Positions 39,781 through 49,961 of a stretch of 61,494 nt of DNA are shown here, in pieces (positions within the stretch are counted from its first letter, which is position 1; each line of letters opens with the position of its first letter). A program made the translations under genes and the position numbers. The DNA comes from Opitutia bacterium Tous-C10FEB (GTDB taxonomy: Bacteria > Verrucomicrobiota > Verrucomicrobiia > Opitutales > Opitutaceae). The notes below the pieces were generated by a model that was given only the letters and a program-made list of their open reading frames with translations, was not told where the DNA came from and ran no database searches. The stretch lies in contig NEUY01000001.1 in NCBI GenBank assembly GCA_002304425.1, forward strand, positions 1 to 61,494, written 5' to 3'.

Positions 39781-41157
39781 TTAATGCGCCGCGCTGACCG
39801 CGGTATCCGCCAATACAGTTTCCAGTTGGTACCGACGACTGCCTTTCAAAAAAACTGCTCCGGAAAAATCTGCCAGCCGTACCCGCACGGGCTGCAAGTC
39901 AGTAATCACCGCAATCTGCTCGGCCGCGTTGCCATTTTCTAATAAGCCCTCCCGTAAAGCCGCCGCCGACCCACCGATCACATATAAATAATCATCCGGC
40001 CGTAAATGAATCTGCCGGCCGACTTGCTGATGATACTCGCCCGCCGCCGACCCGAGTTCCTCCATACACCCGAGCACATACAGGCGAGGGAGATTTGCCC
40101 CGACCTTGCCTTGAAACGCCTCGAGCGCATCCAGCATGGAGGCCGGATTCGCATTATAAAAATCACAGTAAACTTGGGCGCGCCCATACTCCTGCCACTC
40201 TCCGCGCCACTTTGAGGGCAACCAATTCGCGATCCGCAACTGCAAGTTGCTGGCCGTCACCCCGAGTTCGCCCGCTAAAGCCAGCGCGAGAGCCGCATTG
40301 GCGGCCATCCCATGAGAAACGCGGGGCAACCGGAAGCGCCGTTCACCACCCAGAGTCACCTCCGTCTTGCTGGGCCACTGGGTCACTTTAAATTTTAAGC
40401 TGCGGCCGCGCCCCGTTGAATAATTTTCATTTTCCGGCACCAGGACAAGGGCATTAACCAACGTGTGCAAAACTTCAAACTGACCGGCGCTGGCCGGCAA
40501 TACTTTCAGCCCACCCGCTCGCGTGGCCGCCAATAATAAGGCCTTTTCCTGTGCCACCCCGGCGAGCGTACCGAGCCCAGCCAAGTGCGCCGGCGCCACG
40601 AGCGTGAGCAGACTATGATCAGGTTCGATCATTTCAGCCAATGGCGCCATCTCGCCTGGGCCACTGATCCCCGCTTCAATCACGGCGTAAGCGTGCCGCG
40701 TCGTCTCGAGCTTCGTGAGCGTCAAGGGCACGCCGAGCTGATTATTTAAATTTCCCTCGGTGGTCAGCACGTGCGTCGCCCCACCCAGTAAAATCCCCAG
40801 CAGATCTTTGGTCGAAGTCTTGCCCACACTGCCCGTGACTCCGATGACCGTCCCGTTAAATTCTCGCCGATGTTCCCGCGCGATGCGTTGCAGCGCCCGC
40901 AATGGATCCGGCACCACTAATTGCGCTAAGCTACTACCGGGCACTGGCTGACTAACGAGTACCGCCACGGCACCGCGCGCGGCGGCGGCGGCGAGAAAGT
41001 CATGTCCATCGCGCTGGGCTGTTTTCAAAGCGACAAACCCCTGCCCAGCAACCAGCGTCCGCGTATCAGCCGTAAAGCCGCTGAGCGGGCTCACGGGTGA
41101 ACCCACCCAGTGACCACCGGTCCAAGTCGCCATTTTTTCTGCGGTAAAAGTGGGCAT
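39781..41157 (-). CDS. murF: UDP-MurNAc-tripeptide--D-Ala-D-Ala ligase
   Basis: DTR, DGH.F, TGSVGKTSTK, NLNN.LG.P, D.YNANP.SM, LG.M.ELG and KGSR. Confidence 0.94.
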   Translation of the reverse strand: MPTFTAEKMATWTGGHWVGSPVSPLSGFTADTRTLVAGQGFVALKTAQRDGHDFLAAAAARGAVAVLVSQPVPGSSLAQLVVPDPLRALQRIAREHRREFNGTVIGVTGSVGKTSTKDLLGILLGGATHVLTTEGNLNNQLGVPLTLTKLETTRHAYAVIEAGISGPGEMAPLAEMIEPDHSLLTLVAPAHLAGLGTLAGVAQEKALLLAATRAGGLKVLPASAGQFEVLHTLVNALVLVPENENYSTGRGRSLKFKVTQWPSKTEVTLGGERRFRLPRVSHGMAANAALALALAGELGVTASNLQLRIANWLPSKWRGEWQEYGRAQVYCDFYNANPASMLDALEAFQGKVGANLPRLYVLGCMEELGSAAGEYHQQVGRQIHLRPDDYLYVIGGSAAALREGLLENGNAAEQIAVITDLQPVRVRLADFSGAVFLKGSRRYQLETVLADTAVSAAH

Positions 41158-41165
41158 CGGGGTAA

Positions 41166-42758
41166 TTAAATCAGCCGCCGTGTCGTCGGCACCAATAACT
41201 CCCGCGCCACTTGCCGATCATCAAACGGCACAATCGTGTCGGCTAATTTCTGATAAATTTCGTGGCCCTTCCCCGCGATGAGCACGCAATCACCGATCCG
41301 CGCGGCGGCCAACGCCTGCCGAATCGCTTCCCGCCGATCCGGCACAAAAGCGATTCGCTCCGCCGCTATCACCCCAGCTTGCTGGTCCGCAAAAATGTCG
41401 GCCAACGGCTCCGCGCGGGGATTATCAGCGGTCACCCAAACCTGATCGGCAATCTCCTGCACAATCTTGGTGAGCGGCGCCCGTTGGGATCGGTCACGCT
41501 GGCCGCCACAACCATAGACCACCAACAGACGCCCTGGCGTCAGCGCCCGCAATAAACTTAACGCAGCCCGCATGGCCGCTGGGGTATGAGCATAGTCGAC
41601 GAAGACCTGCGCTCCTGGCGCACCGGTGATTCGCTCCAAACGACCCGGCACCACCGTAAAATTCTTCAGCCGCACGGCAATGACCGCCAGATCACGACCC
41701 AACGCATAACAAGCCGCGAATGCCGCGAGTAAATTACTGACATTATACCGACCGAGCAGCGGACTTTCGACGTCGATGCTTCCCTCGGGCCAAACCAGGC
41801 GAAAGGTGGTGCCTTGCGAACTCACCTGCACTTGCTCCGCTCGCACGAGCGCAGTCGCGGACTCCCCAAAACTGATCAGACGAACCGTGGCGGGGAGCGC
41901 TGCCGCTAATTCCCGACCGCCCGCGTCATCAATATTAACCACCGCTGCTTTCGGGAGAGGCCCGTTCTCACTATTAAAAAATCGTCCCTTCGCACTAAAA
42001 TAAGCCGCGTTCGTCCCGTGATAATCGAGATGGTCCGCCGTAAAATTAGTAAAGACCGCCACCCCGAACTGCAGCCCGCCCACCCGCTGTTGATCGAGGC
42101 CATGCGAACTAACTTCCACCACCGCTTGGCGGCAACCGGCCTCCCGCATCTGCGCCAAGAGACCATACAATTCTAAAGACTCGGGCGTCGTCTGATACGC
42201 GGGCACCACCCGATTCCCGAGATCGTAGGTGATCGTCCCCACCAAGCCAACCCGCTGGGTGGTCGTCGCCAATAAATGCTTAATGAGATGCGCGACCGTG
42301 GTCTTACCATTCGTACCCGTGACCCCGAGCACCTCCAGCGAGCGATCGGGGAAATGATTAAAGCGCTGCGCTGCTTTCGCGAGGGTCCACCGCACATCCG
42401 CCACTTGAATATAAGTCACGCGCGCCGCCGTGCCGCTCGGAATTTTCTCGGCGACAATGGCCACGGCCCCACGACTGATCGCTTGGTCGATAAAGGAGTT
42501 TCCGTCTGCCCGATGCCCCGGCAGCGCGAAAAACACCTGACCGGCCAGCACCCGACGACTGTCGCTGGCGAGACCCGAAATGGGACGAGCTAAATCACCT
42601 TGGCTCGCGAGGATTTCATCGGCCGGAAAATAGTCCGCTAAATTTGGCGCCGATTTGAAGAGTCCAGTGGTCAGCCGATGCTTTACCCGGGTCCGCCCGA
42701 GCGGTTGCGCCCGAAAAGCCGCCACCAGCGGATAGTTAGGCGTGAGATAACCAATCAT
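41166..42758 (-). CDS. murE: UDP-MurNAc-dipeptide--meso-DAP ligase
   Basis: DSRRV, TGTNGKTT, TTP, EVSSH, DHLDYH, DYAHTP, GCGG.RD, DNPR (DAP-specificity motif) and AGKGHE. Confidence 0.95.
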   Translation of the reverse strand: MIGYLTPNYPLVAAFRAQPLGRTRVKHRLTTGLFKSAPNLADYFPADEILASQGDLARPISGLASDSRRVLAGQVFFALPGHRADGNSFIDQAISRGAVAIVAEKIPSGTAARVTYIQVADVRWTLAKAAQRFNHFPDRSLEVLGVTGTNGKTTVAHLIKHLLATTTQRVGLVGTITYDLGNRVVPAYQTTPESLELYGLLAQMREAGCRQAVVEVSSHGLDQQRVGGLQFGVAVFTNFTADHLDYHGTNAAYFSAKGRFFNSENGPLPKAAVVNIDDAGGRELAAALPATVRLISFGESATALVRAEQVQVSSQGTTFRLVWPEGSIDVESPLLGRYNVSNLLAAFAACYALGRDLAVIAVRLKNFTVVPGRLERITGAPGAQVFVDYAHTPAAMRAALSLLRALTPGRLLVVYGCGGQRDRSQRAPLTKIVQEIADQVWVTADNPRAEPLADIFADQQAGVIAAERIAFVPDRREAIRQALAAARIGDCVLIAGKGHEIYQKLADTIVPFDDRQVARELLVPTTRRLI

Positions 42759-44605
42759 GGTAAACCTCCTTGCGCCGCGAGAAAAGTGCGATTGGTCGGC
42801 AGCACTGGCTTGATATCCAGATACTGGATGAGTTGCTCCGCAATGTGGTGGAATGCGGGCGCCGCCACCACCCGTCCGTAAGCCGTACCGCCGGCGACGA
42901 CCGCGTCATCAACAATCACCGATAAAACAATCTCGGGCCGACTCGCCGGGAAAAATCCCACGAAGGAGGCGACGTGATGATTCGTGCTGTATTTCCCGCC
43001 GATAATTTTTTGGGTCGTCCCCGTTTTACCAGCAATTTCAAAACCGGGAATATCAAAGCCCTTCGCGGTGCCCTCGCGCACGACGCCCGCGAGCAACTGG
43101 GCTAATTGCGCCGCCGTGCTGGGCTTGAGCACTTGCGCCCGTTTTTCGGCGGCAAAGGTGCGCACGATATTTCCCTTCGGATCCTTAATTTCTTTGATGA
43201 TTTGCGGGCGTAAGAGCACGCCGCCGTTCGCCACCGCGCTCATCGCCATGTGGATTTGTAGCGGAGTCGCGGCCACCGCGTGACCCATCGGCATGCGCGT
43301 GATCGTTAGACCATCCCATTTGGCGGGCGAAGCCAGCTGTCCGCGCACCTCCCCCCCGAGCCCAAAGCCCGTTGCTTCACCGAAGCCATACGCGCGCACA
43401 TAGTCGTAAAAACGCTGTTCGCCCATGAGCATCGCCAGTTGGGCCACTCCGCGATTACTCGAATGCGCCACAATATCAGCCACACTCAAACGGCCAAATA
43501 ATTCATCTTCCCTCGGTAATTTTAAGGTGCGGCCTTTATAGTCGATGGTCGCATTGCTGCAGTCGAACGTTGTGCGCGACGTAACTAAACCTTCATTTAG
43601 CGCCGCTCCGGCCGCCACGATCTTAAATGTGGAACCCGGCTCAATCATGTCCGTGACCGCATAATTACGCTGCGCCTCCAACGGCGCCTTATTGTAATGA
43701 TTTAAATCGAAACTCGGGTAGTTCGCCAGGCCGAGAATCGCGCCTGTCATCGGATCGCTGGCGATGATCGTGGCAAAATGCGGCTGAAATTTAGCGGCGA
43801 TGGTTTTTAATTCTTCTTCGATGATGTGCTGCACCACGGAGTCGATAGTCAGCACGACGTCGTTGCCGTTGGCGACGGGCACCTCGCGCGAGCGAAATTG
43901 GGCGAGTTCACGCCGCGCCCCATCTTTTTCTGATTCAATCCACCCATCCTGACCTTTGAGATAGAGATTAAAATGATGCTCCGCCCCACTCACTGGCGTG
44001 CCCTCTTTATTTAAGTAACCGATCAGGTGCGCCGCGAGTCCATCACCGGGATAGACCCGCCGATAGACCCGACTGTGCGTTATGCCCCGGATGCTCAAAG
44101 CTTCAATTTTGTCGTACACGCTTTCGGGCAAAGCTTCCCGCAGTTTCACCCAGCGATCTTTGGTCAGGCCATCCACCTTGCCATCGCGCTGATCTTTCAG
44201 CGGATCGATCGAGCGCATCGTTGGCCCAAAAGCCTTTTCTACTTCGGCCACCGGCAGATCCAGCAAAGCGGCTAATTGCGCCCGCTTAGTTTTTTCCTCA
44301 GCGCTCTTGCGGGCGCGTTTATTCGGGTTTTTTTCTATCTCAAGGTATTCTTGCAACGACCAAGGATCGACGGCGACGGTGATTTCGGAGCGAGAGGTTG
44401 CCAGCAAGTTCCCCCGCGTATCGAGAATGGTCCCGCGGCGGGCTTGCTCGACCACGATCTGGCGGCGCGCCTTGTCCACAAAGCGCAACAACTCATCTCG
44501 ATCGATCACGTGCAAAAACACCAACCGCACGCCCACGCTGACGAAGCAGGCGATGACGCCGATCGCGAGCAGGCTGAGACGATTGGAAGCGAAACCCTTC
44601 GACAT
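42755..44605 (-). CDS. ftsI: Class B penicillin-binding protein (FtsI/PBP3)
   Basis: TM anchor, RG.I.D, R.YP, and intact SxxK (STFK), SxN (SSN) and KTG motifs. Confidence 0.93.
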   Translation of the reverse strand: MSKGFASNRLSLLAIGVIACFVSVGVRLVFLHVIDRDELLRFVDKARRQIVVEQARRGTILDTRGNLLATSRSEITVAVDPWSLQEYLEIEKNPNKRARKSAEEKTKRAQLAALLDLPVAEVEKAFGPTMRSIDPLKDQRDGKVDGLTKDRWVKLREALPESVYDKIEALSIRGITHSRVYRRVYPGDGLAAHLIGYLNKEGTPVSGAEHHFNLYLKGQDGWIESEKDGARRELAQFRSREVPVANGNDVVLTIDSVVQHIIEEELKTIAAKFQPHFATIIASDPMTGAILGLANYPSFDLNHYNKAPLEAQRNYAVTDMIEPGSTFKIVAAGAALNEGLVTSRTTFDCSNATIDYKGRTLKLPREDELFGRLSVADIVAHSSNRGVAQLAMLMGEQRFYDYVRAYGFGEATGFGLGGEVRGQLASPAKWDGLTITRMPMGHAVAATPLQIHMAMSAVANGGVLLRPQIIKEIKDPKGNIVRTFAAEKRAQVLKPSTAAQLAQLLAGVVREGTAKGFDIPGFEIAGKTGTTQKIIGGKYSTNHHVASFVGFFPASRPEIVLSVIVDDAVVAGGTAYGRVVAAPAFHHIAEQLIQYLDIKPVLPTNRTFLAAQGGLP

Positions 44606-44609
44606 CAGA

Positions 44610-45023
44610 TTAACGCAAAGCCGCGGTTAGCACGCGAAAAGCGGGGGCCTTGCCCGTGTTGAAAGTAGCGGCGGTCAGATTAAAAATTTCGCTATTACGC
44701 TTCTGGGCGAGGCGTAATTCCGGGGACTCCGCCACCCGCACCACCTGCACTTCCCGCGGCGATGCCAGACTGAGCCGCATCACTCGGTTTTGATGCAAGA
44801 GCGCATCCGGATTAACGGCAGCGGCGACCTGCGCGCTAACTTCATCCAGTCGACGATCAATATCAGCTAATTTACCCACGAGTACGCGGTTGCGATTGGC
44901 CACCTGCGAAAGTCCTTGGCGCGCCCACACGGCCCCGAGGCCCAGCGAACCAGCGAAAATCAAGAGCAGTAGAATCAGTGCAAAGAAGCGATTAATGAGG
45001 CCGGGGGCCGGAGGTGGTTTCAT
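44610..45023 (-). CDS. FtsL-like small bitopic coiled-coil division protein
   Basis: One TM helix followed by a leucine-heptad region. Sits in the ftsL position between rsmH and ftsI. Confidence 0.65.
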   Translation of the reverse strand: MKPPPAPGLINRFFALILLLLIFAGSLGLGAVWARQGLSQVANRNRVLVGKLADIDRRLDEVSAQVAAAVNPDALLHQNRVMRLSLASPREVQVVRVAESPELRLAQKRNSEIFNLTAATFNTGKAPAFRVLTAALR

Positions 45024-45032
45024 GGCGATGGA

Positions 45033-45947
45033 TTAAATTTTACGCAGCACGCGCAACTTAGCGGAACGGCTCCGCGGATTGGCGGCTAGTTCACGCTCGG
45101 AAGGAGTCAGCGGCTTGCGGGTGAGCGGCTCGGCAAATTTAGCCCGCAGTTGCTGGGGGGTGGCATCGTTGGCATCAACCGGTTGGCCGCAGGCCTTGCG
45201 AAAAAATTGCTTCACCGGACGGTCCTCGAGTGAATGAAAACTAATCACGGCGAGCACCCCGCCCGGCGCGAGTTTGGCGAAGGCGACGGGCAACGCTCGC
45301 TCCAGCGCGCCCAGTTCATCATTCACCGCCATCCGAATCCCCTGAAAAGTACGCGTCGCAGGATGAAGGCGACTCTCCCGCTTAACGGCTGCAGGAATCG
45401 CGGCCGCGATGAGCTCAGCTAAGGCGGCGGTCCGTGCAAGCGCCCCCGTGCCCCGCGCGCCTTCGATCGCCTCGACTACGCGCCGCCAATTTTTCTCCTC
45501 ACCTAAATCGCGCACTGCATCAACGAGCGCATCATGGCTCGCATTTTCCAACCAAACGCCGGCGGCAGCACCCTGCCGCGGATCCATGCGCATGTCGGTG
45601 ATCGCGTCATGGCGAAAAGCAAAACCGCGGTCAGCTTCGTCGAGCTGAAACGACGAAACGCCCAAATCAAACAGGATGCCGTGCAAGCCAGTCTCCGGCA
45701 ACGCCGCGAGATCGCCAAAATTTAAATCAACAAAGCGAAAGGTCGCCGGAAATTCCGCGCTTAACGCCGCCGTGCGAGTTTGGGCCGCCGGATCCCGATC
45801 TAGGGCAAGCACGCTGGCCCCCGTCGCCAAAATAGCGCGGGTGTGCCCGCCCCCACCGAAAGTACAGTCGAGGTAAACCTGCCCAGGAAGTGGGGCGAGG
45901 TATTCCAAGACCTCCGTCAACATGACCGGTTGGTGGCCCTGTGTCAT
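45033..45947 (-). CDS. rsmH: 16S rRNA m4C1402 methyltransferase
   Basis: H.PVML.EV, D.TFG.GGH, DLGVSS.QLD...[23 protein letters not shown] and [10 protein letters not shown]. Start placed at MTQGHQP. Confidence 0.96.
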   Translation of the reverse strand: MTQGHQPVMLTEVLEYLAPLPGQVYLDCTFGGGGHTRAILATGASVLALDRDPAAQTRTAALSAEFPATFRFVDLNFGDLAALPETGLHGILFDLGVSSFQLDEADRGFAFRHDAITDMRMDPRQGAAAGVWLENASHDALVDAVRDLGEEKNWRRVVEAIEGARGTGALARTAALAELIAAAIPAAVKRESRLHPATRTFQGIRMAVNDELGALERALPVAFAKLAPGGVLAVISFHSLEDRPVKQFFRKACGQPVDANDATPQQLRAKFAEPLTRKPLTPSERELAANPRSRSAKLRVLRKI

Positions 45948-45963
45948 CGCGAGCGGCAGAGAT

Positions 45964-46104
45964 TCAAGCGCGGGCGCGAGCATGGATTTTTTTCCACGGC
46001 AGCCCGAGCGTGAGCGACTCGCGGAGCAAGGCGCGCCGGTTAGCACAGAAGATGAGCGCGAGCCTCGGTAAAGGTTGCGGACGAATCAGCGTGAGGGTCT
46101 TCAT
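45964..46104 (-). CDS. Candidate 46-aa basic small protein between mraZ and rsmH
   Basis: Translated by hand: [49 protein letters not shown] is 4 nt after the mraZ stop and the stop is 16 nt before rsmH. Confidence 0.4.
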   Translation of the reverse strand: MKTLTLIRPQPLPRLALIFCANRRALLRESLTLGLPWKKIHARARA

Positions 46105-46108
46105 GATT

Positions 46109-46561
46109 TTAGAGCCCGATCCGGCGCATCATGTCGCCGAAGTTTTCTCCCGCCGTTGTGCGTTGCAGATCCGTCCAACGCGCCGGACTGAGAATATTAA
46201 AAGTATCGCCCATGCCGGACAGCACCGCGTCCTTCGCAATGCCCGCATGACGCAAGAGGTCGGGGCTGATGCCGAAGCGACCCTGCTTATCGAAGGTAAA
46301 CGAAAGGGCTTCCGAGAAAATTTTCGCCTTCACCGCCTGCGCCTCGCGGTCCGATATTTTCATTTCGGAAACCTGCGTGAGTAATTTCGCCACCCGCGCC
46401 GGCGGCAACACAGCGATGTAACTATCGGGATGCGGGATCGCCAAAAACGTCTCCGTGTCCGTATGCGCCCAACGCCACAATGACGGAATCGTAAGACGAT
46501 TCTTATCATCGAGCGTGTGCTCAAAACGGCCGGAATAAATAGTGTTACCTGAAGACGACAT
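46109..46561 (-). CDS. mraZ: Division/cell wall cluster repressor MraZ
   Basis: Two DxKxR repeats (G.FEH.LDDKNRL.IP and FDKQGRF.I...L...AGI). First gene of the dcw cluster. Start placed at MSSSG. Confidence 0.93.
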   Translation of the reverse strand: MSSSGNTIYSGRFEHTLDDKNRLTIPSLWRWAHTDTETFLAIPHPDSYIAVLPPARVAKLLTQVSEMKISDREAQAVKAKIFSEALSFTFDKQGRFGISPDLLRHAGIAKDAVLSGMGDTFNILSPARWTDLQRTTAGENFGDMMRRIGL

Positions 46562-46583
46562 GGGTGAGTTCGGGGCCCTAATT

Positions 46584-46627
46584 CCCCAGAACGCCCCATT
46601 TCTCCCCATTCCATACCCCCCAGTCAA
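46584..46627 (-). promoter_or_regulatory. mra promoter with three MraZ-box direct repeats
   Basis: Minus strand TTGACT (46627-46622, -35-like), followed by TGGGG at 46608, 46598 and 46588, an exact 10-bp period matching the known TGGGN MraZ operator layout. Confidence 0.8.
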
Positions 46628-47070
46628 GAAAACACTCGATAATTTTCTCTAAAATTTATTCACAAATCGCTGCCAAGTTGTGGTTACGAAAGGTCGACGG
46701 CAGAAAAATGCGCAAAAGTAGCCGCATGATGCAAATCCATATCTTTAATTCAAAAACAAGGCGTTCTTCGGCGTCGCTGGACGCGATAACTTGGCCGCAG
46801 TTTATCGAACGACCCAGTTACGGATCAACCCACTACCTCATTGGCGCGTTAAGATCGGCGCAGTTGAAGGACCTAAATCGTCGAGCCGATAACGGAAACT
46901 GACAGCAAAAATAATCCTCCCCAAGAGCTGACAGAGTCACGCTAGGCGGCGCTGATTAATCGACGAGCGCAGCGGATCCACGATAAAATAACGCTCGGGT
47001 CTTTAAACCAGCCCCGCGTTGACCGAGCCAGAGATTGCCATCGGTCCACATTGTTACCACTCTAACTTAA

Positions 47071-48891
47071 ATGCAGGAGCTCGACGACCTAACCCAAGTA
47101 GCTAGCCGGCGGATCACTGGCATTAGCGGGCAAATTCGAGCCAATTTAATCCCGCCCTTATGGCGAGAAGTCGCCAGCTACAGCCGAGAAAAATTGCGCG
47201 CTGATTTAATCGCAGGGGTCACGGTCGCCGTCATTACGATTCCCCAGGCCATCGGTTTCGCCCTCGTCGTCGGGCTACCCATTCATGCGGTCCTCGCCAC
47301 CGCGGTGATCGGCTCGTTGATCTGCGCGTGCTACAGTTCATCGCGCCACCTCGTTTTTGGCCCCACGAATACTATCAGTATTATTCTGGCGGGCGCGGTG
47401 CTGAGTCTCGCCGATGTCCCCTTAACACCCTTGGCGAAAGTTCTGCTGCTCGGTTGCATCATCGGCATCATTCAACTGACGGCGGGATTAACTAAAACGG
47501 GGCAACTCACTCAATTTATTTCGCGCACGGTGATCATCGCCTACACGACGGCCGTGGGTATTTTAATTATAGTTGGGCAAATTGGTAATTTCCTAGGGAT
47601 CGATCGGGCCCCAGCCGTGAGTCTGCCCGGCACGATCCAATACTTAATCACGAGTTTGCTGAGTCTAGATTTTAATTATCTAACGGCGGCAACTGGCGCG
47701 GGCTCACTTAGCTTGCTCTACTTGTTGCGCCGTTGGCGACCGCGCTGGCCAGAGGGGCTCATCGTCCTATTTCTCGCGAGTATCATCACCGCGACATTCA
47801 AGCTCGAGGATCACGGTTTACGCTTGGTCCGCGATCTCGGCGAAATGGTTAGTGCGATGCCAATTTTCACTGGGTTTCCCTTAAACCAAGAGGGCTTACT
47901 CCTGCTGCCGCGCATCACGGGCACGGCGATCGCCATCGCCTTGCTCGGCATGCTGGAAGCTATTTCCATCGCTAAAACCCTGGCGGCGCGCTCGGGGCAG
48001 CGGCTTGATCCGAACCAAGAGCTCATTGGCATGGGGCTGGGCAATCTTGCCGCCACCGCCTTCGGGGCGATGCCGGGATCAGCTTCCTTTTTGCGCAGCG
48101 CCACCAATTTAGCGAGCGGGGGTCGGACCCAATTTGCGACCATCATCAGCAGTATCGGCGTCCTGTGCGCGGGGCTCCTGCTCTCCCCGCTGCTCAATTA
48201 CATCCCGATCGCGGCGCTCGCAGCGTATCTGATCAGCATTGCCTCGCGTTTATTTAACCCCGCGCAAATTACCATCGCGCGACGCTCCACCCGCGCTGAC
48301 GCCGCGGTCTTTTGGGTGACGTTATTCGCCGCGCTCTTTCTGCAACTTGATACCGCCATTTATGTCGGTATTGGATTTTCACTCGTGCTATTTCTGCAGA
48401 AAGCTAGCGCCCCCACCCTCATCGAGCACGCCTTTAACGACCAAGGCCAACTCGCCCAGATCGACACCCCCACAGAACGGAATAGCCCGCAGGTTTCCAT
48501 CGTGCACGTCGAGGGCGACTTATTTTTTGGCGCAGCGGATATTTTCCAGGATGGCGTCCGCCGCCTCGCCGAAGACCCCCAGATCCGCGTGTTTATCTTG
48601 CGCCTGAAAAATGCGCGCCACCTCGATGCCACGACGGTCATGGCGCTCGGTCAATTATTGGAATATCTCCAATTAGAAGGACGCCATCTGCTTATTTCGG
48701 GCGTGCACGGCGATGTTGCCGCCGTGCTAAAACGCAGCGGGCTCGCCAAAAAAATTGGCGCCGAAAATATTTTCCCGGCGGAAGAAAATCCGACGCTCGC
48801 CACGAAAAAAGCGTTGCAGCGGGCGCAGGTGCTCATCGGGGTTAAACCAGAACTGCGCGTCTTTTACTCGCAGCCGGCCCCCGCCAAATAA
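47071..48891 (+). CDS. SulP/SLC26 family anion permease with C-terminal STAS domain
   Basis: DLIAG.TVA...IPQ...FA, GPT, NQELIG.GL.N, SF.RS..N..SG.RT, and STAS motifs G.LFFG and LD.T. Confidence 0.92.
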   Translation: MQELDDLTQVASRRITGISGQIRANLIPPLWREVASYSREKLRADLIAGVTVAVITIPQAIGFALVVGLPIHAVLATAVIGSLICACYSSSRHLVFGPTNTISIILAGAVLSLADVPLTPLAKVLLLGCIIGIIQLTAGLTKTGQLTQFISRTVIIAYTTAVGILIIVGQIGNFLGIDRAPAVSLPGTIQYLITSLLSLDFNYLTAATGAGSLSLLYLLRRWRPRWPEGLIVLFLASIITATFKLEDHGLRLVRDLGEMVSAMPIFTGFPLNQEGLLLLPRITGTAIAIALLGMLEAISIAKTLAARSGQRLDPNQELIGMGLGNLAATAFGAMPGSASFLRSATNLASGGRTQFATIISSIGVLCAGLLLSPLLNYIPIAALAAYLISIASRLFNPAQITIARRSTRADAAVFWVTLFAALFLQLDTAIYVGIGFSLVLFLQKASAPTLIEHAFNDQGQLAQIDTPTERNSPQVSIVHVEGDLFFGAADIFQDGVRRLAEDPQIRVFILRLKNARHLDATTVMALGQLLEYLQLEGRHLLISGVHGDVAAVLKRSGLAKKIGAENIFPAEENPTLATKKALQRAQVLIGVKPELRVFYSQPAPAK

Positions 48892-48920
48892 TCGCGCGCT
48901 TGGGCGTCAGTTCTCTGGCC

Positions 48921-49934
48921 ATGCATCTCCGCTTTTATCCCTACACCCTCGAGCTCGCCCAGCCCTTCACCCTTGCGACGAGTTCACGCACCACGACCCC
49001 CGCCTTGATGGTCGAACTAGAGCACGAGGGCCTCATCGGCTACGGCGAGGCCGCCATGCCGCCGTATCTCGGGGAGACCCCGGCCAGTGCCGCCGCCTTT
49101 TTAAAATTAGTTGATCCCGCGGCCTTCCCCGACCTGCAACAAATCGCTGCGATCGGCGCACAGATTGATTCGTTGGCCCCCGGTAATCCCGCCGCGAAAG
49201 CCGCCCTTGATTTAGCCTTACACGATTGGGTGGGGAAAAAATTAAACACCTCATGGCACCGCCGTTGGGGCCTCGATTTGGCCCGCATCCCCGCTACTTC
49301 TTTCACCATTGGCATCGATACCCCAGCGGTGGTGCGGCAAAAGACGCTCGCCGCGGCCCCGTATAAAATCCTGAAAGTAAAGTTAGGCCGCGACACCGAT
49401 CGCGAACTGATCACCACGATTCGCCAAGTGACCGACCAGCCCCTCACCGTCGATGCCAACCAAGGCTGGCGCGACCGCGAGGACGCGCTGCGCATGAGCG
49501 AGTGGCTGGCCACGCAGGGAGTTTTGTTCATCGAACAACCGATGCCCAAAGAGCAAATCGATGACACCGCCTGGTTGCGCGAACGCAGCCCGCTCCCTTT
49601 GATAGCGGATGAAAGTGTACAGCGCTTAAGGGATGTGCCCGCCGCGCGCGGCGTCTTTGACGGCATCAATATCAAGCTCATGAAATGCACCGGCCTCCAC
49701 GAGGCGCACCAGATGATCACCCTCGCCCGCCAGCTAAATCTAAAAGTGATGCTGGGCTGCATGACGGAAACTTCCTGTGCCATCTCGGCCGCCGCCCAAC
49801 TTTCGCCCTTAGCCGACTGGGTCGACCTTGATGGGGCGCTGCTGATAAAAAATGATCTTTTTAACGGCGCGCAGTTGGTCGACGGGAAAATTATCCCGAC
49901 CGAGGCCCCTGGGCTCGGCCTCACGAAGCGCTGA
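48921..49934 (+). CDS. L-Ala-D/L-Glu dipeptide epimerase (enolase superfamily, MLE subgroup)
   Basis: GYGEA, KVK, DANQ, EQP, DES, NIKLMK.G, GCM.E and DLDG. Confidence 0.88.
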   Translation: MHLRFYPYTLELAQPFTLATSSRTTTPALMVELEHEGLIGYGEAAMPPYLGETPASAAAFLKLVDPAAFPDLQQIAAIGAQIDSLAPGNPAAKAALDLALHDWVGKKLNTSWHRRWGLDLARIPATSFTIGIDTPAVVRQKTLAAAPYKILKVKLGRDTDRELITTIRQVTDQPLTVDANQGWRDREDALRMSEWLATQGVLFIEQPMPKEQIDDTAWLRERSPLPLIADESVQRLRDVPAARGVFDGINIKLMKCTGLHEAHQMITLARQLNLKVMLGCMTETSCAISAAAQLSPLADWVDLDGALLIKNDLFNGAQLVDGKIIPTEAPGLGLTKR

Positions 49935-49961
49935 GCCTCCCCCCCCGGTCACAATTTCTTC

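Noticed and set aside
46630-47070. Possible riboswitch or ncRNA in the 440-bp spacer between mraZ and SulP
   Set aside because: I could not recognise a conserved aptamer, terminator or credible ORF by eye. An Rfam covariance search would be needed.
49040-49924. 294-aa antisense ORF over the dipeptide epimerase
   Set aside because: Ser/Arg/Ala-rich with no motifs. It is a typical shadow frame of a GC-rich gene that is well supported on the other strand.
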